From: Candidatus Fermentithermobacillaceae bacterium
Lineage (GTDB): Bacteria > Bacillota > Sulfobacillia > Fermentithermobacillales > Fermentithermobacillaceae
Reading direction: 5' to 3'
DNA length: 64,000 bases
Assembly (NCBI GenBank): GCA_018052455.1
Contig: JAGPNE010000001.1
Span: 295,261-359,260, forward strand
The notes beneath the pieces were generated by a model. That model was not told where the DNA came from. It worked only from the letters and a program-made list of their open reading frames with translations, and did no database searches. Every line of letters starts with the position of its first letter. Positions within the stretch are counted from its first letter, which is position 1. This document shows, in pieces, positions 10,504 to 20,292 of this stretch. Both the position numbers and the translations under genes were made by a program.

Positions 10504-11922
10504 CTAAATATCACATCCCCGTTGCTCATAACTTTCTATGTATAAGGGCGCACTATGTGCCTCAGAACAAGTCTTGCGCCCCTTGGCAATAAAAAAACCG
10601 TCTGTCTGATGGACATGCGGTAGTACATAAACGTAACCGCGTTCCCGACCGCATTCCTGCGCACTCTGGAGAGACCCCGAACCTTGCATGAATCGCTCAG
10701 GTAACGTCAGCGCTTCCATCGTACGGCTATTCTTTTCAAGAAACTCACACCACACGCCTTCGTTTTCCTCTGAAGTCAAAGTGCAAGTGCTGTACACGAC
10801 AAAACCCCCGGGCTTAAGAAAACGTACTGCTGTTTCAAGAATCTGTTTCTGCAGTTCTGCAAGCCTCTTTATGTCAGACTCATGTCTCTGCCATTTAATA
10901 TCCGGATTCTTGCCTATTGTGCCTAAACCCGAGCACGGAGCATCTACCAAGATTCTGTCATAAAGAATAGGCAGTCCTTCACGCCTGAAGGTAGCCAAAA
11001 CTTCATCTTCTTTGGTGGCATCCAAAACACAGGCAGAAACGTTATCAAGGCCAAGACGACGTCGAGATTCCACTATCATGCACACCCGCTGCAAGGATAT
11101 GTCCGATGCCACTACCATCCCGTCTGGTGACACCATTTCTGCAAGCTGGGTAGATTTTCCTCCAGGAGCTGCACACACGTCCCAAACTAAGTCACCGGGT
11201 TGGGCTTCAAGGGCCAAAGCTGGCAACATCGCAGCTTCATCCTGCACTACAAATAGACCTTCATGATATCCTGGAAATTGATCAACACAACGCCCTTTCT
11301 TCACTTTGATTGAGAACGGCAGGCTCCCCGGTTCTGCGTGGTAACCCTCTTCGACAAGCAAGCCAAGCAGTGTGTCCCTATCAGTCTTGGTTGTGTTAAC
11401 ACGAAGCGTAAGTGGCGGAGGTGTATTCTGAGCCTTAAGCAAGGCAAGAGTGTTCGCAAACCCGAAAGAATCACTATACCGTCTTACTATCCAGTCCGGG
11501 TAGGAATATCTTAATCCTGCGTACTCGGAAGGGCGCACGTCAATCGATGGCAATTCGATGTGGCCAACGTTTCTTGCTACACTTCTGAGCACACCGTTTA
11601 CGAAACTCTTCTCTCCTTTGTCTCTCATGCATCGCACTACTGAATCTACTGCAGCGTATGAAGGTATGCCCATAAAGACCAATTGATAAACACCGAGCCT
11701 GAGAGCGTTCATGACTCTGCTAGATATCCTTGCGCTCGGCCTTGCACAAAACATTGAAACATAGTAGTCTAACAACCGTTCCCATCGCTGTACCCCATTA
11801 ACTAATTCCTTGAGCAATGCCCTGTCTCGCTCATCTGGCAACTCAATCTCATCCAAACCGCCAGGAAAAGAGCCTCGATTCTCAAGGAACTGTAGCGCAA
11901 CGCCCCTAGTGTCTTTGGGCAA
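10504..11922 (-). CDS. rsmB: 16S rRNA (cytosine967-C5)-methyltransferase RsmB/Sun
   Basis: NusB-like N-terminus plus Fmu/NOL1 methyltransferase core (DAPCSG, active-site TC). Confidence 0.9.
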   Translation of the reverse strand: MPKDTRGVALQFLENRGSFPGGLDEIELPDERDRALLKELVNGVQRWERLLDYYVSMFCARPSARISSRVMNALRLGVYQLVFMGIPSYAAVDSVVRCMRDKGEKSFVNGVLRSVARNVGHIELPSIDVRPSEYAGLRYSYPDWIVRRYSDSFGFANTLALLKAQNTPPPLTLRVNTTKTDRDTLLGLLVEEGYHAEPGSLPFSIKVKKGRCVDQFPGYHEGLFVVQDEAAMLPALALEAQPGDLVWDVCAAPGGKSTQLAEMVSPDGMVVASDISLQRVCMIVESRRRLGLDNVSACVLDATKEDEVLATFRREGLPILYDRILVDAPCSGLGTIGKNPDIKWQRHESDIKRLAELQKQILETAVRFLKPGGFVVYSTCTLTSEENEGVWCEFLEKNSRTMEALTLPERFMQGSGSLQSAQECGRERGYVYVLPHVHQTDGFFIAKGRKTCSEAHSAPLYIESYEQRGCDI

Positions 11923-11924
11923 CC

Positions 11925-12599
11925 TCAGTCACGCCTTCCACGCAGCAGAAAAAGACGCATGAATTGTGCTAATGCCATTGCAGTAGCTGCGACATACGTA
12001 AGCGCTGCGGCATTTAGCATATTGCCAACCGCAACTGATTCCTGCCCCGCTACAAAGCCAAGTCCCTCCAGCATGTTAATCGCACGTTTTGAAGCATCGT
12101 ACTCAACAGGCAAAGTCACTATCTGGAAGATGACGGCGCCTAGGAAGAACAAAAGTCCCAGGTCCATAAGAAACCCTGATTGGGTTATCAGTCCTATCAA
12201 GAAAAGTGGGAATGCAGCATTTGATACTAGCTGAACTACGGGCACGAGGCCGTTTCTTATTGCGAGCGGAGCGTACCCAACTGCATGTTGTACAGCGTGC
12301 CCCACCTCATGGGCGGCAATACCTAATGCTGCTACTGAACTGCTCTCGTAAACACCTGACGATAGCCTAAGAGTTTTGTCCCTAGGATCGTAATGGTCCG
12401 TAAGTTCTCCAGATATTCTCTCAATCTTGACGTCGCCAAGGCCAGACTCCTGCAAGAGTCTCGCGGCAACCTTATAGGCAGGCACACCTGCTTCCGAATT
12501 GACTTCAGAGTACCGCCTGTAAGCAGAACTGACTCTAGATTGAGCCCATAGAGCAAATACAAGAGCGGGCAATACAAAAATCAAGTATCCTATGTCCAT
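11925..12599 (-). CDS. membrane zinc metallopeptidase, YugP-like
   Basis: HEVGHAVQH zinc motif, TM segments. Confidence 0.7.
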   Translation of the reverse strand: MDIGYLIFVLPALVFALWAQSRVSSAYRRYSEVNSEAGVPAYKVAARLLQESGLGDVKIERISGELTDHYDPRDKTLRLSSGVYESSSVAALGIAAHEVGHAVQHAVGYAPLAIRNGLVPVVQLVSNAAFPLFLIGLITQSGFLMDLGLLFFLGAVIFQIVTLPVEYDASKRAINMLEGLGFVAGQESVAVGNMLNAAALTYVAATAMALAQFMRLFLLRGRRD

Positions 12600-12650
12600 G
12601 TCGATCCCTCCTTCATATAATATGCCATAGAATCTATTCCACAGATTGCG

Positions 12651-14108
12651 TTATTTATCTAAGTCGCCAAATCGGAAGGGCCCTTTCTGCCGACCTGCCA
12701 AGAAAGCTTTGGCTGACATCCGCCTCTTGCCTTCCGGTTGCACTTCTGTAACTGCTAGCAATCCTTCGCCACAGCGAACCAACAACTTAGATTCTTCGAT
12801 TCCAATTATCGTACCCGGAGCTGAGTCTGAATCCTCTTTCTCATTTGAGTCAGCCAGTTCGATTTGCCATATCTTAATACGCTCGTCACCAAAGGTGGTA
12901 ACTGCACCTGGAGCGGGCGAAAGCGCTCTTACTAAATTATGGATCTCTGTAGCAGGACGGGTCCAGTCGATCACATCTTCGCCAGGCTTCAGATGAAAAG
13001 CAACGGTCTTCACCTTTTCATCTTGAGCAATACGCGGAGCTGAGCCTTCATAAATTGCGTGAATCGACTCGAGTAATGCATCCGCACCTACGACCGAAAG
13101 GCGTTTTTCAAGTGTGCCTAGAGTCTCGTCGGGCCCAACTGGAACAACTCTCTGAAGGCATATGTCACCGGAGTCCATGCCTTCGTCCATGTACATTATT
13201 GATACACCGACTTCGGTTTCTCCGGCCATAAGTTGCCTCTGAATGGGATTACCTCCTCTGTACTTAGGCAGCAAAGAAGGGTGCACATTTAGGCACGCAT
13301 ATTTCGGAATCTCGAGCACTTCCTTTGGCAGCTTCTGACCAAAAGCAACCACTGCTATAAAATCGGGCTGAACTTCCTTGATTGCCGAAACAACATCAGG
13401 ACAGCTCATGTCCTCAGGTGTGATAACCTTGAGTCCAAGTTCGGTAGCTCTTTTCCTGACAGGGGTTGGCATTAGGATTCCAGTTCTGCCATACGGGCGA
13501 TCTGGTTGAGTGACTACAAGTGGAACGCTAATCCCCGCCCGAATAAGGGCGTCCAATGATGGCAAAGAAAACTCTGGACTACCCATAAAAACACAGGTAA
13601 GACCGAGTTCCTTTTCATTCCCTTCCTCGGTATTTTCTTCCTCCTCAATCTCGGTTATAGATATCGCTTTGTCTACAAACATAATACCATCTAGATGGTC
13701 TATCTCGTGACACAAAGCCCTGGCAAGGAGGCCCTCTCCTTCAACCCATGTAGTCCGACCGTCTCTATCCAATGCCTTGACAAGCACCCGCACAGGTCTT
13801 TCCACTTCTCCAACAAAACCAGGCCAACTCAGACATCCTTCCCACTGGACTTCTTTCTCATCGGATTCAGACACTATCTCGGGATTCACCAAGAAGTACG
13901 GTCCCTCCCCTACATCCAAGACTACAAGCCGCTTTGAGACGCCTACCTGTGGAGCAGCCAATCCAACTCCCGACGCTGCTCTCATGCTATCGAGCATGTC
14001 ATCGAGTGTTTTCTTGACGCTGTTATTCACCCTAGGAACGGGTTTCGCTCTTTTTCTAAGTACAGGGTCATCAAAAGTACGTATTTCGATATTACCCAAT
14101 AGTATCAC
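12651..14108 (-). CDS. def-fmt: fused peptide deformylase / methionyl-tRNA formyltransferase (Def-Fmt single ORF)
   Basis: N-terminal ~165 aa is Def (GLAAPQVG, EGCLS, HEIDHLDG motifs). An acidic linker EIEEEENTEEGNEKE follows. The C-terminal ~310 aa is Fmt (VFMGSPEF, HPSLLPKYRGG). Junction codons were checked by hand and are in one frame with no stop and no usable internal start. Confidence 0.85.
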   Translation of the reverse strand: MILLGNIEIRTFDDPVLRKRAKPVPRVNNSVKKTLDDMLDSMRAASGVGLAAPQVGVSKRLVVLDVGEGPYFLVNPEIVSESDEKEVQWEGCLSWPGFVGEVERPVRVLVKALDRDGRTTWVEGEGLLARALCHEIDHLDGIMFVDKAISITEIEEEENTEEGNEKELGLTCVFMGSPEFSLPSLDALIRAGISVPLVVTQPDRPYGRTGILMPTPVRKRATELGLKVITPEDMSCPDVVSAIKEVQPDFIAVVAFGQKLPKEVLEIPKYACLNVHPSLLPKYRGGNPIQRQLMAGETEVGVSIMYMDEGMDSGDICLQRVVPVGPDETLGTLEKRLSVVGADALLESIHAIYEGSAPRIAQDEKVKTVAFHLKPGEDVIDWTRPATEIHNLVRALSPAPGAVTTFGDERIKIWQIELADSNEKEDSDSAPGTIIGIEESKLLVRCGEGLLAVTEVQPEGKRRMSAKAFLAGRQKGPFRFGDLDK

Positions 14109-14286
14109 CCTTGAACTTTGTATACGCTTGTCAACTTATCTGGTAATGGTATCTGTGCGATAGACTTAATCTAGCTTAAGCTACAGAGTCAGGAATCTCG
14201 CGCACGTTCACCCTTTTTCTAATTATACAGTAAGGCAGACGCTTTGAGAAACAAACAGATGGGGCCATGCAGTACTCAGGTCACGT

Positions 14287-16257
14287 TCAGAACGCGCCGA
14301 AAGGTTCTTCGAGGTCTACATATATCTTCACCTGTAGGGACGTAACAATAGGCAAAGATGTCTTCACAGCTTCGGTCGCGCAGTTTCTGACCGGCGACTT
14401 CACCATTATGTGCCATCTGTACTGCCCTCGCACCTTAACCTTGGGAGCAGGGCTGGGGCCTAAAACAGTGATTTTGTCTGACTTGCTGTCGATTTCGGCA
14501 GCCAATAGTTCAGACGCCTCAATGACTTTTTCCTCGGACTTTCCTGCAACAGTGATCCTCATGATGAATCCGAAAGGAGGGTATTGCAGGGATTTTCTGT
14601 TCTGTGTCTCTATAGCATAGAAAAACTCTGGATCCAACACTCCCTTTATGGCATGGTGCCCTGGGTTTAGTGTCTGAATGATGAAGCGCTTCGTGCTTTC
14701 TGTGTAAGTGGATCTTTCGTTACCGTTCAAAATGCCAAGCAGTTTCATGAGCAGCCTAAAGACCTCTTCTGGCGCTAGATAGTCCGGGAGATTCAACATG
14801 TTGTCGGCAGATAAAACACCCAAAACGCTCACTTCAGGAATCTCTGAGACGCTGAAGATCATCTGGGTACATAGCAAACACGAAGGTCTCTGTGACTCAA
14901 ATCCTCGAATGGCTTCGTCAATGGACGCTTTGGAGTCTTGGTCCACTTGGAAAACCGGAACCCTAGGGAATCGCTTGTTGAACTCGGAACGAGCTCGATC
15001 TATGCCATAACCAATCAGTTTCCAGTCAACACCTTGACACACCGGGCACTGAACCGGAGGAGCGTGCCTATACCCACAAGTATGGCACACAAGCTCGCTT
15101 TCTTTCGAGTGATACGCCATGGGCACTGAGCACCTAGGACACAAGATAACATTTCCGCATTCGGTACATGCAAGACTAGATGCGGTGCCTCGTCTGTTTA
15201 GGAATAGAAGACCTCTCTCCTCGGAAGCAAACGCATCTGCCAGTGCAAGGTGCAGTTCTTTGCTTATAAGAACTCTTTTTTTGCTTCCCAAAAGACTGAC
15301 TATCTTCGAATCCACCTTATCGCTCATAGGGAACCCTTCCATAAAGCCGCAAAACCCGCCTTCCGATAGACCGACGTTCGCGACTACAGAGGGCACATAT
15401 GAGCCCAAGATGACGGAACAATTCTCATATTTGCCACGTAATCTCGCAACCGTTCTCCCGTTGTACTTGGGATACTCTTCTGCTTTGTAATGCAGTGATT
15501 CTTCATCATCGACAATGACGAGCCCTAGATCCCTTATGGGATTGAAAACTGCAGATCTCGTACCCACCACAATCCGTTTCTTGCCATCTTTTACATCGAG
15601 CCACTGCTTTTTTCTCGAAGCAGTGGTCATATCGGAGTGTGTTACAGCAATGGTCTCTTTACCGTAAATGGGCTCCAATCTTTCCTCGAAATCATGGGCT
15701 TTGTTGATCTCAGGTACAAGTACCAGCACGTTGGAACCAGAACTGATGGTTTTGTCGATTGCATCAACGTACGTCTTCCATCTAAACGAATCTGAACCTT
15801 GAACGAAGCACTCACGATTGGCCGAATCAAGTTTTCGCGGTTTTTCAAAGACGTAGAAGGCATTATCCTCTCGTACGCCTAATGCTGGCGGTTGTTCCTT
15901 CGTTAAAGCAGTTTTCTTGACCTGAGGCGGCCACAAGTAGCCCCAAAAGGACGAAATAGCAGCTAAGTAGTAATCTCTCAGCAGGAGACCAAAATCTAGA
16001 AGGTGCTTCGGCGGCAGGAAATTGATATCATACACAGCTATGATATCTTTCAGGTCAATTTCGGGCACAGTAGCAGGACGACCAACGACATACCCGTCCA
16101 CATTTCTCCGACCAAATGGAACATAGACTTTGGCACCGTAGGGTAGGAAACAATCTTGCGGCACTTTGTAGGTAAATGTCTTATCGCCCATCGTCGGAAC
16201 ATCTACCACAATATCTACGCAGTTGACGAGATCCACATCAATTCCTTCGTTCGTCAA
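14287..16257 (-). CDS. priA: primosomal protein N' (PriA) with degenerate ATPase motifs
   Basis: 3'-DNA-binding domain, helicase core and Cys-rich zinc region (CPRCS...CHTCG...CPVCQ) are present. The Walker A position reads GSDSFRWKT and motif II reads DDEES. Confidence 0.85.
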   Translation of the reverse strand: MTNEGIDVDLVNCVDIVVDVPTMGDKTFTYKVPQDCFLPYGAKVYVPFGRRNVDGYVVGRPATVPEIDLKDIIAVYDINFLPPKHLLDFGLLLRDYYLAAISSFWGYLWPPQVKKTALTKEQPPALGVREDNAFYVFEKPRKLDSANRECFVQGSDSFRWKTYVDAIDKTISSGSNVLVLVPEINKAHDFEERLEPIYGKETIAVTHSDMTTASRKKQWLDVKDGKKRIVVGTRSAVFNPIRDLGLVIVDDEESLHYKAEEYPKYNGRTVARLRGKYENCSVILGSYVPSVVANVGLSEGGFCGFMEGFPMSDKVDSKIVSLLGSKKRVLISKELHLALADAFASEERGLLFLNRRGTASSLACTECGNVILCPRCSVPMAYHSKESELVCHTCGYRHAPPVQCPVCQGVDWKLIGYGIDRARSEFNKRFPRVPVFQVDQDSKASIDEAIRGFESQRPSCLLCTQMIFSVSEIPEVSVLGVLSADNMLNLPDYLAPEEVFRLLMKLLGILNGNERSTYTESTKRFIIQTLNPGHHAIKGVLDPEFFYAIETQNRKSLQYPPFGFIMRITVAGKSEEKVIEASELLAAEIDSKSDKITVLGPSPAPKVKVRGQYRWHIMVKSPVRNCATEAVKTSLPIVTSLQVKIYVDLEEPFGAF

Positions 16258-17443
16258 GGATGGTCTTCACCTGGTCAATAATAGCCATGGCGACTTCAAA
16301 TTTGGATGAGGGACCCACATCTAGATGCGTGCCATCAGGCATTATTATCGTAACAGCATTGGTATCAGCACCAAAAGCCCTGTCTGGCAGTCCGACTTGA
16401 TTGGCACAGATAAAGTCGAGGCTCTTCTTGGTGATCTTGGCCATCGCGTTTTCCAAAATGTTATCTGTCTCAGCAGCAAAACCTACCAGAATCCTTGACC
16501 CTTTACTTTCTCCTAAGGTTTTCAAAATGTCTACAGTTTCGGCAAAAGAAAGATGCAGCAGGTCTCCTTGCTTCTTGATCTTTTCTCCGCTGAATCCAAC
16601 GGGCTTAAAGTCCTCCGGAGCGGCACAGCCGATAACGACCTGCACTTCAGGATATACCTCAAGACAGGCATCCAACATCTCTTCGGTTGTCTCCACCTTC
16701 TTCAATATGACTCCAGAAGGCGGCTCAAGTTGGCTGGGCCCTGACACCAAGTAAACCTTGGCTCCTCTTTTTGCGGCTGCCTCAGCTACCGAGTAGCCCA
16801 TTTTCCCTGTCGACGGATTGGAAATATACCTTACGGGATCGATCCATTCCCTGGTCGGACCGGCAGTTACAAGGAAAGTGACACCTGTGAGGTCTTTTTG
16901 AAACGAGAGGACACTCACTATTTTTTGGACGATCTTCTCGGGATCAGGTAATCTACCCTTTCCGGTAGCCCCTGACGCCAGTCGGCCGTATTCCGGTTCC
17001 AGGATCTCATAGCCTAATCGTCTGAGTCTGGAGATGTTTTCTTGGACTATCTTGTTCTCGTACATGTTATGGTTCATGGCCGGACATATCAGCCTAGGGC
17101 AAGTACAAGCCATAATTGTAGTAGTTAGAAAATCATCGGCTATGCCGTTGGCTATCTTGCCTATGCAGTTTGCCGTAGCCGGACACAGAACAAACAGATC
17201 TGCCATTTCTGCCAGAGCCACATGTTCAACATTCCACTGTCTAGGCTCTTCAAACATATGTACAATTACAGGTTGAGCAGAAATGGTTCTAAAGGTAAGC
17301 GGTGCAACTAACTTAGTCGCGTTTTCGGTCATTACTACGTGAGTTTCGGCACCGAGTTTTCTGAGTCTTGACACAACATCTACGGCCTTGTACGCAGCTA
17401 TGCCACCTGATACGCCTACTATTATGTTTTTTCCTGAAAGCAT
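16238..17443 (-). CDS. coaBC: bifunctional phosphopantothenoylcysteine decarboxylase / phosphopantothenate-cysteine ligase
   Basis: flavoprotein N-domain plus DFP C-domain, 401 aa. Confidence 0.9.
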   Translation of the reverse strand: MLSGKNIIVGVSGGIAAYKAVDVVSRLRKLGAETHVVMTENATKLVAPLTFRTISAQPVIVHMFEEPRQWNVEHVALAEMADLFVLCPATANCIGKIANGIADDFLTTTIMACTCPRLICPAMNHNMYENKIVQENISRLRRLGYEILEPEYGRLASGATGKGRLPDPEKIVQKIVSVLSFQKDLTGVTFLVTAGPTREWIDPVRYISNPSTGKMGYSVAEAAAKRGAKVYLVSGPSQLEPPSGVILKKVETTEEMLDACLEVYPEVQVVIGCAAPEDFKPVGFSGEKIKKQGDLLHLSFAETVDILKTLGESKGSRILVGFAAETDNILENAMAKITKKSLDFICANQVGLPDRAFGADTNAVTIIMPDGTHLDVGPSSKFEVAMAIIDQVKTILDERRN

Positions 17444-17533
17444 GTTATCACTTGCACCCCGAATCTGTTCCGAAGTTGGGAAACCTGAGGCGCCCCCAAA
17501 AAAGGCGCCCCAGATACATCAATAATATTACAT

Positions 17534-17740
17534 TTATGCCGTATGCTTACGTGGAACACGGCGGACCACAACTTCGCCTTTGGCTATTTCTTCAATAGCA
17601 ATAGTAACCGGCTTATGCGGACCCAAGAATCCGCTTTCTTTTCTATCTAGTATTTGCCTGGCTCTTTTCGCAATTCCAACTACCAAATAGTACTTAGACC
17701 CAGTCTTGAGAATTAGGTCCCGCAGGGTTGGGGTTGTCAT
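17534..17740 (-). CDS. rpoZ: DNA-directed RNA polymerase subunit omega
   Basis: 68 aa; GAGGAGG SD 6 nt upstream of the ATG; the start lies 47 nt inside the gmk 3' end. Confidence 0.85.
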   Translation of the reverse strand: MTTPTLRDLILKTGSKYYLVVGIAKRARQILDRKESGFLGPHKPVTIAIEEIAKGEVVVRRVPRKHTA

Positions 17741-18341
17741 CTATTGACCTCCTCTGGCTTTCACAAGGGTAATCTCCATGAGCAATTCTTTCCCCCAGGA
17801 TGATTGCAGATAGCCTATCTTTAGCTCTTTCCATATCTGTATTGATGATAACATAATCAAAGTCACTTAGGTCTGCAATTTCCCTGCGAGCACTGTCGAA
17901 CCTCATAGCCATTTCAGATTCTTCTTCAGTACCTCTTGACTCAATTCGCCTCTTGAGTTCTTCCATCGACGGTGGGAGGATAAATATAAAGATCCCATCT
18001 GGGTACACTTTTCTCAGAGTTCTGGCACCCTGAACATCTTTCTCAAGTATTATGAGAGATCCTTCGGCAATGGCTTTTTCAACATCCTGTCTAGGTGTTG
18101 CATAGTAATTGCCATATACTTCTGCCCATTCGACAAATTCATCGTTTTCTCTTCTCCTAAAAAACTCAGGCATAGAGACGAAAGTGTAATCAACCCCATC
18201 TACCTCACCCGGACGAGGCTGCCTGGTAGTAATGGATGGACAAAACTTGATCTCCGAATGCTCACTCAATAATGCGCGCCGTAAAGTACCCTTCCCACAT
18301 CCCGAAGGAGCTGTAATAACAAACAGCAAACCCTTTTTCAT
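17694..18341 (-). CDS. gmk: guanylate kinase
   Basis: P-loop APSGCGKGT, full Gmk similarity. Confidence 0.9.
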   Translation of the reverse strand: MKKGLLFVITAPSGCGKGTLRRALLSEHSEIKFCPSITTRQPRPGEVDGVDYTFVSMPEFFRRRENDEFVEWAEVYGNYYATPRQDVEKAIAEGSLIILEKDVQGARTLRKVYPDGIFIFILPPSMEELKRRIESRGTEEESEMAMRFDSARREIADLSDFDYVIINTDMERAKDRLSAIILGERIAHGDYPCESQRRSIDDNPNPAGPNSQDWV

Positions 18342-18379
18342 TTTCGATGAGACTGCCTTTCAATCAGTAGTAGACACTT

Positions 18380-18691
18380 CTATGAATCCTGGAAGTGCGC
18401 CAGAAGAGCCTCTCTCTGCCGCTTGCCAAGTCCTTGAACACGTCTTGATTCGTTAATGCCTATTTCAGACATTATCTTCCCAGCCTTCACCTTTCCAACT
18501 CTTGGTAAAGACTCCAAGAGATATGAGACCTTCATCCTGGACACCACTGGATCATCGCGGTCGAGAACCTCTTCGAGCTTGATCTCTCCCTTTTTGAGTT
18601 GTTCCCGAAGATCCGCTCTTGCCTTACGCATGTCCTGAGCCTTCTCGAGCGCCTTCATTCTTTCTTCCTGAGTCAAACTTGGGAGCGCCAT
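18380..18691 (-). CDS. integration host factor-like protein (actinobacterial mIHF family)
   Basis: 103 aa; LPxLTxEQR...KMKVSxLLESLPxVGKVKA signature recalled from mIHF proteins; sits where remA lies in Bacillus. Confidence 0.65.
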   Translation of the reverse strand: MALPSLTQEERMKALEKAQDMRKARADLREQLKKGEIKLEEVLDRDDPVVSRMKVSYLLESLPRVGKVKAGKIMSEIGINESRRVQGLGKRQREALLAHFQDS

Positions 18692-18920
18692 TCTATTCCC
18701 TCCTTAAGGTATTGCTGCTAAATTATAGCAGCTGTTAGTTTTACCGAGCGATAACTGCTTTTCTTGGGCGTTATTCGCTCTTGCTGCTAAAATTCCTCTT
18801 TTAGCGCTTGTTTTTCGCAGACAAATTCGTATTCTAACGGCTCTGTAGTCAGGTGACCAAAATACTGGAAACAAAGAGCTAAGAAACAGCCCCACAAGAG
18901 AGCAGCACGAACACCAAGGC

Positions 18921-20141
18921 TTACCTTTTGTTTCTCTCAAAAAGTTTTGCTGCAACAATGAAAGAAACAAGAGCTAGGAAATTGAAAGCTCCAGCCATGA
19001 AGAAACTAACATCGAAACTACCTATTGCCTCCGCTAGATACCCTGTCACAGCTGGTGCTACCGCCATTGCAAGGGCACCGGCAAAGTTGAAAAGAGCTAA
19101 CATAGTGCTTCGAGATTCAGGTGGTGAGCTCTCGCTCACGTAGTTAATCAGGCCAGGGTCAATGACAAGTTTCCCAGTCGCACCATAAAGAGCAAGAAAA
19201 AGGACAAGCGTAAAGGTGCTATTCGACATAGGGATCGCCATAGTAGCAATTGCCGAAAGCGGCAAGCACATGTTAATCACAAGAGCCTTGCTGCCCAGTT
19301 TATCTGAAATGTATCCACCGAGAATCGTGGCGGGTGCCATGACAAACGGCATGACGACAGGTATGGTTGCCGAAAGACCGGGACTAAATCCTCTTATGGC
19401 CTCTAAGTAGTAGGGGAGCCAGGTCAGCATAAGATAGAATCCATACATACTAAGGAAATGTGTAACCGAAAACAACGTCAGAAACAAAGCCGACCTATTG
19501 TGAAACGGCTTAGGCTCGGTGCTTTCAACAAAATCTGATTTTCCGGCCCCTTTGGTTTCCCGAGGCGGCAGCTCGGGTTCGGGAACATACTTTTTTATTG
19601 CTAAGATAAAGACTACCGAGGCACATCCTAGAACTATGAAGGGAAGCCTCCAGCCCATCTTAGTATTTGAAAGAAGCCTTCCAAAGACCATCCCGAGTCC
19701 GGTGCCCAGAGCCGAGCCTGCAACCGAAGCGCTGTTCCCCAGTGCTTTTCGTTCCTCTGGAACGATCTTGCTAATAATTGTGAATTGACACGCAAAATAT
19801 GTAGCTTGCCCAGCACCTGAAATCACTCGTGTCCAGAGAAACTGTTGGTGCGTAACGGCGAGCCCGCTCAGAAGCACAGCTAAAGATTGAAGACTGAAGC
19901 CTATTAGCAGCACCTTTTTCGATCCTAACCTGTCGGCCAGAAAACCAGTGGGAATCTGCAATATGGTGTAGGCGAGAAAGAAACTTGAACTCATTAGGCC
20001 TAGTGCTGACTCGGTCAGGGTCCAATAATCTGCTATGTCCTTCAAGGTAACAGACAAGACAGTTCTGGCAGCATAAAGGAGAAACCACCCTATCGACAGG
20101 ATCAAGACGCTTCTTATCCAGTTGTTAGATTCCGAACGCAA
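18921..20141 (-). CDS. MFS transporter
   Basis: 12 predicted TM helices, MFS-type motifs. Confidence 0.8.
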   Translation of the reverse strand: MRSESNNWIRSVLILSIGWFLLYAARTVLSVTLKDIADYWTLTESALGLMSSSFFLAYTILQIPTGFLADRLGSKKVLLIGFSLQSLAVLLSGLAVTHQQFLWTRVISGAGQATYFACQFTIISKIVPEERKALGNSASVAGSALGTGLGMVFGRLLSNTKMGWRLPFIVLGCASVVFILAIKKYVPEPELPPRETKGAGKSDFVESTEPKPFHNRSALFLTLFSVTHFLSMYGFYLMLTWLPYYLEAIRGFSPGLSATIPVVMPFVMAPATILGGYISDKLGSKALVINMCLPLSAIATMAIPMSNSTFTLVLFLALYGATGKLVIDPGLINYVSESSPPESRSTMLALFNFAGALAMAVAPAVTGYLAEAIGSFDVSFFMAGAFNFLALVSFIVAAKLFERNKR

Positions 20142-20292
20142 TTTAGGTTAACCCCCAAGGTAGCATATTAGGTCATACTAGACTATAATAGCACTTATAC
20201 GGAAAAGAGGGCGCAGGTTTGTGCCTCACGCTCGATATTGGTTATTGGTCTATGCGCGAATTGCCGCAGTGTCTACGAAGAGGGGTATTACA

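Noticed and set aside
18704-18970. 88-aa ORF on the minus strand between the mIHF-like and MFS genes
   Set aside because: Overlaps the MFS gene 3' end, is Cys/Ser/Leu-rich low complexity and has no SD. Probably non-coding.
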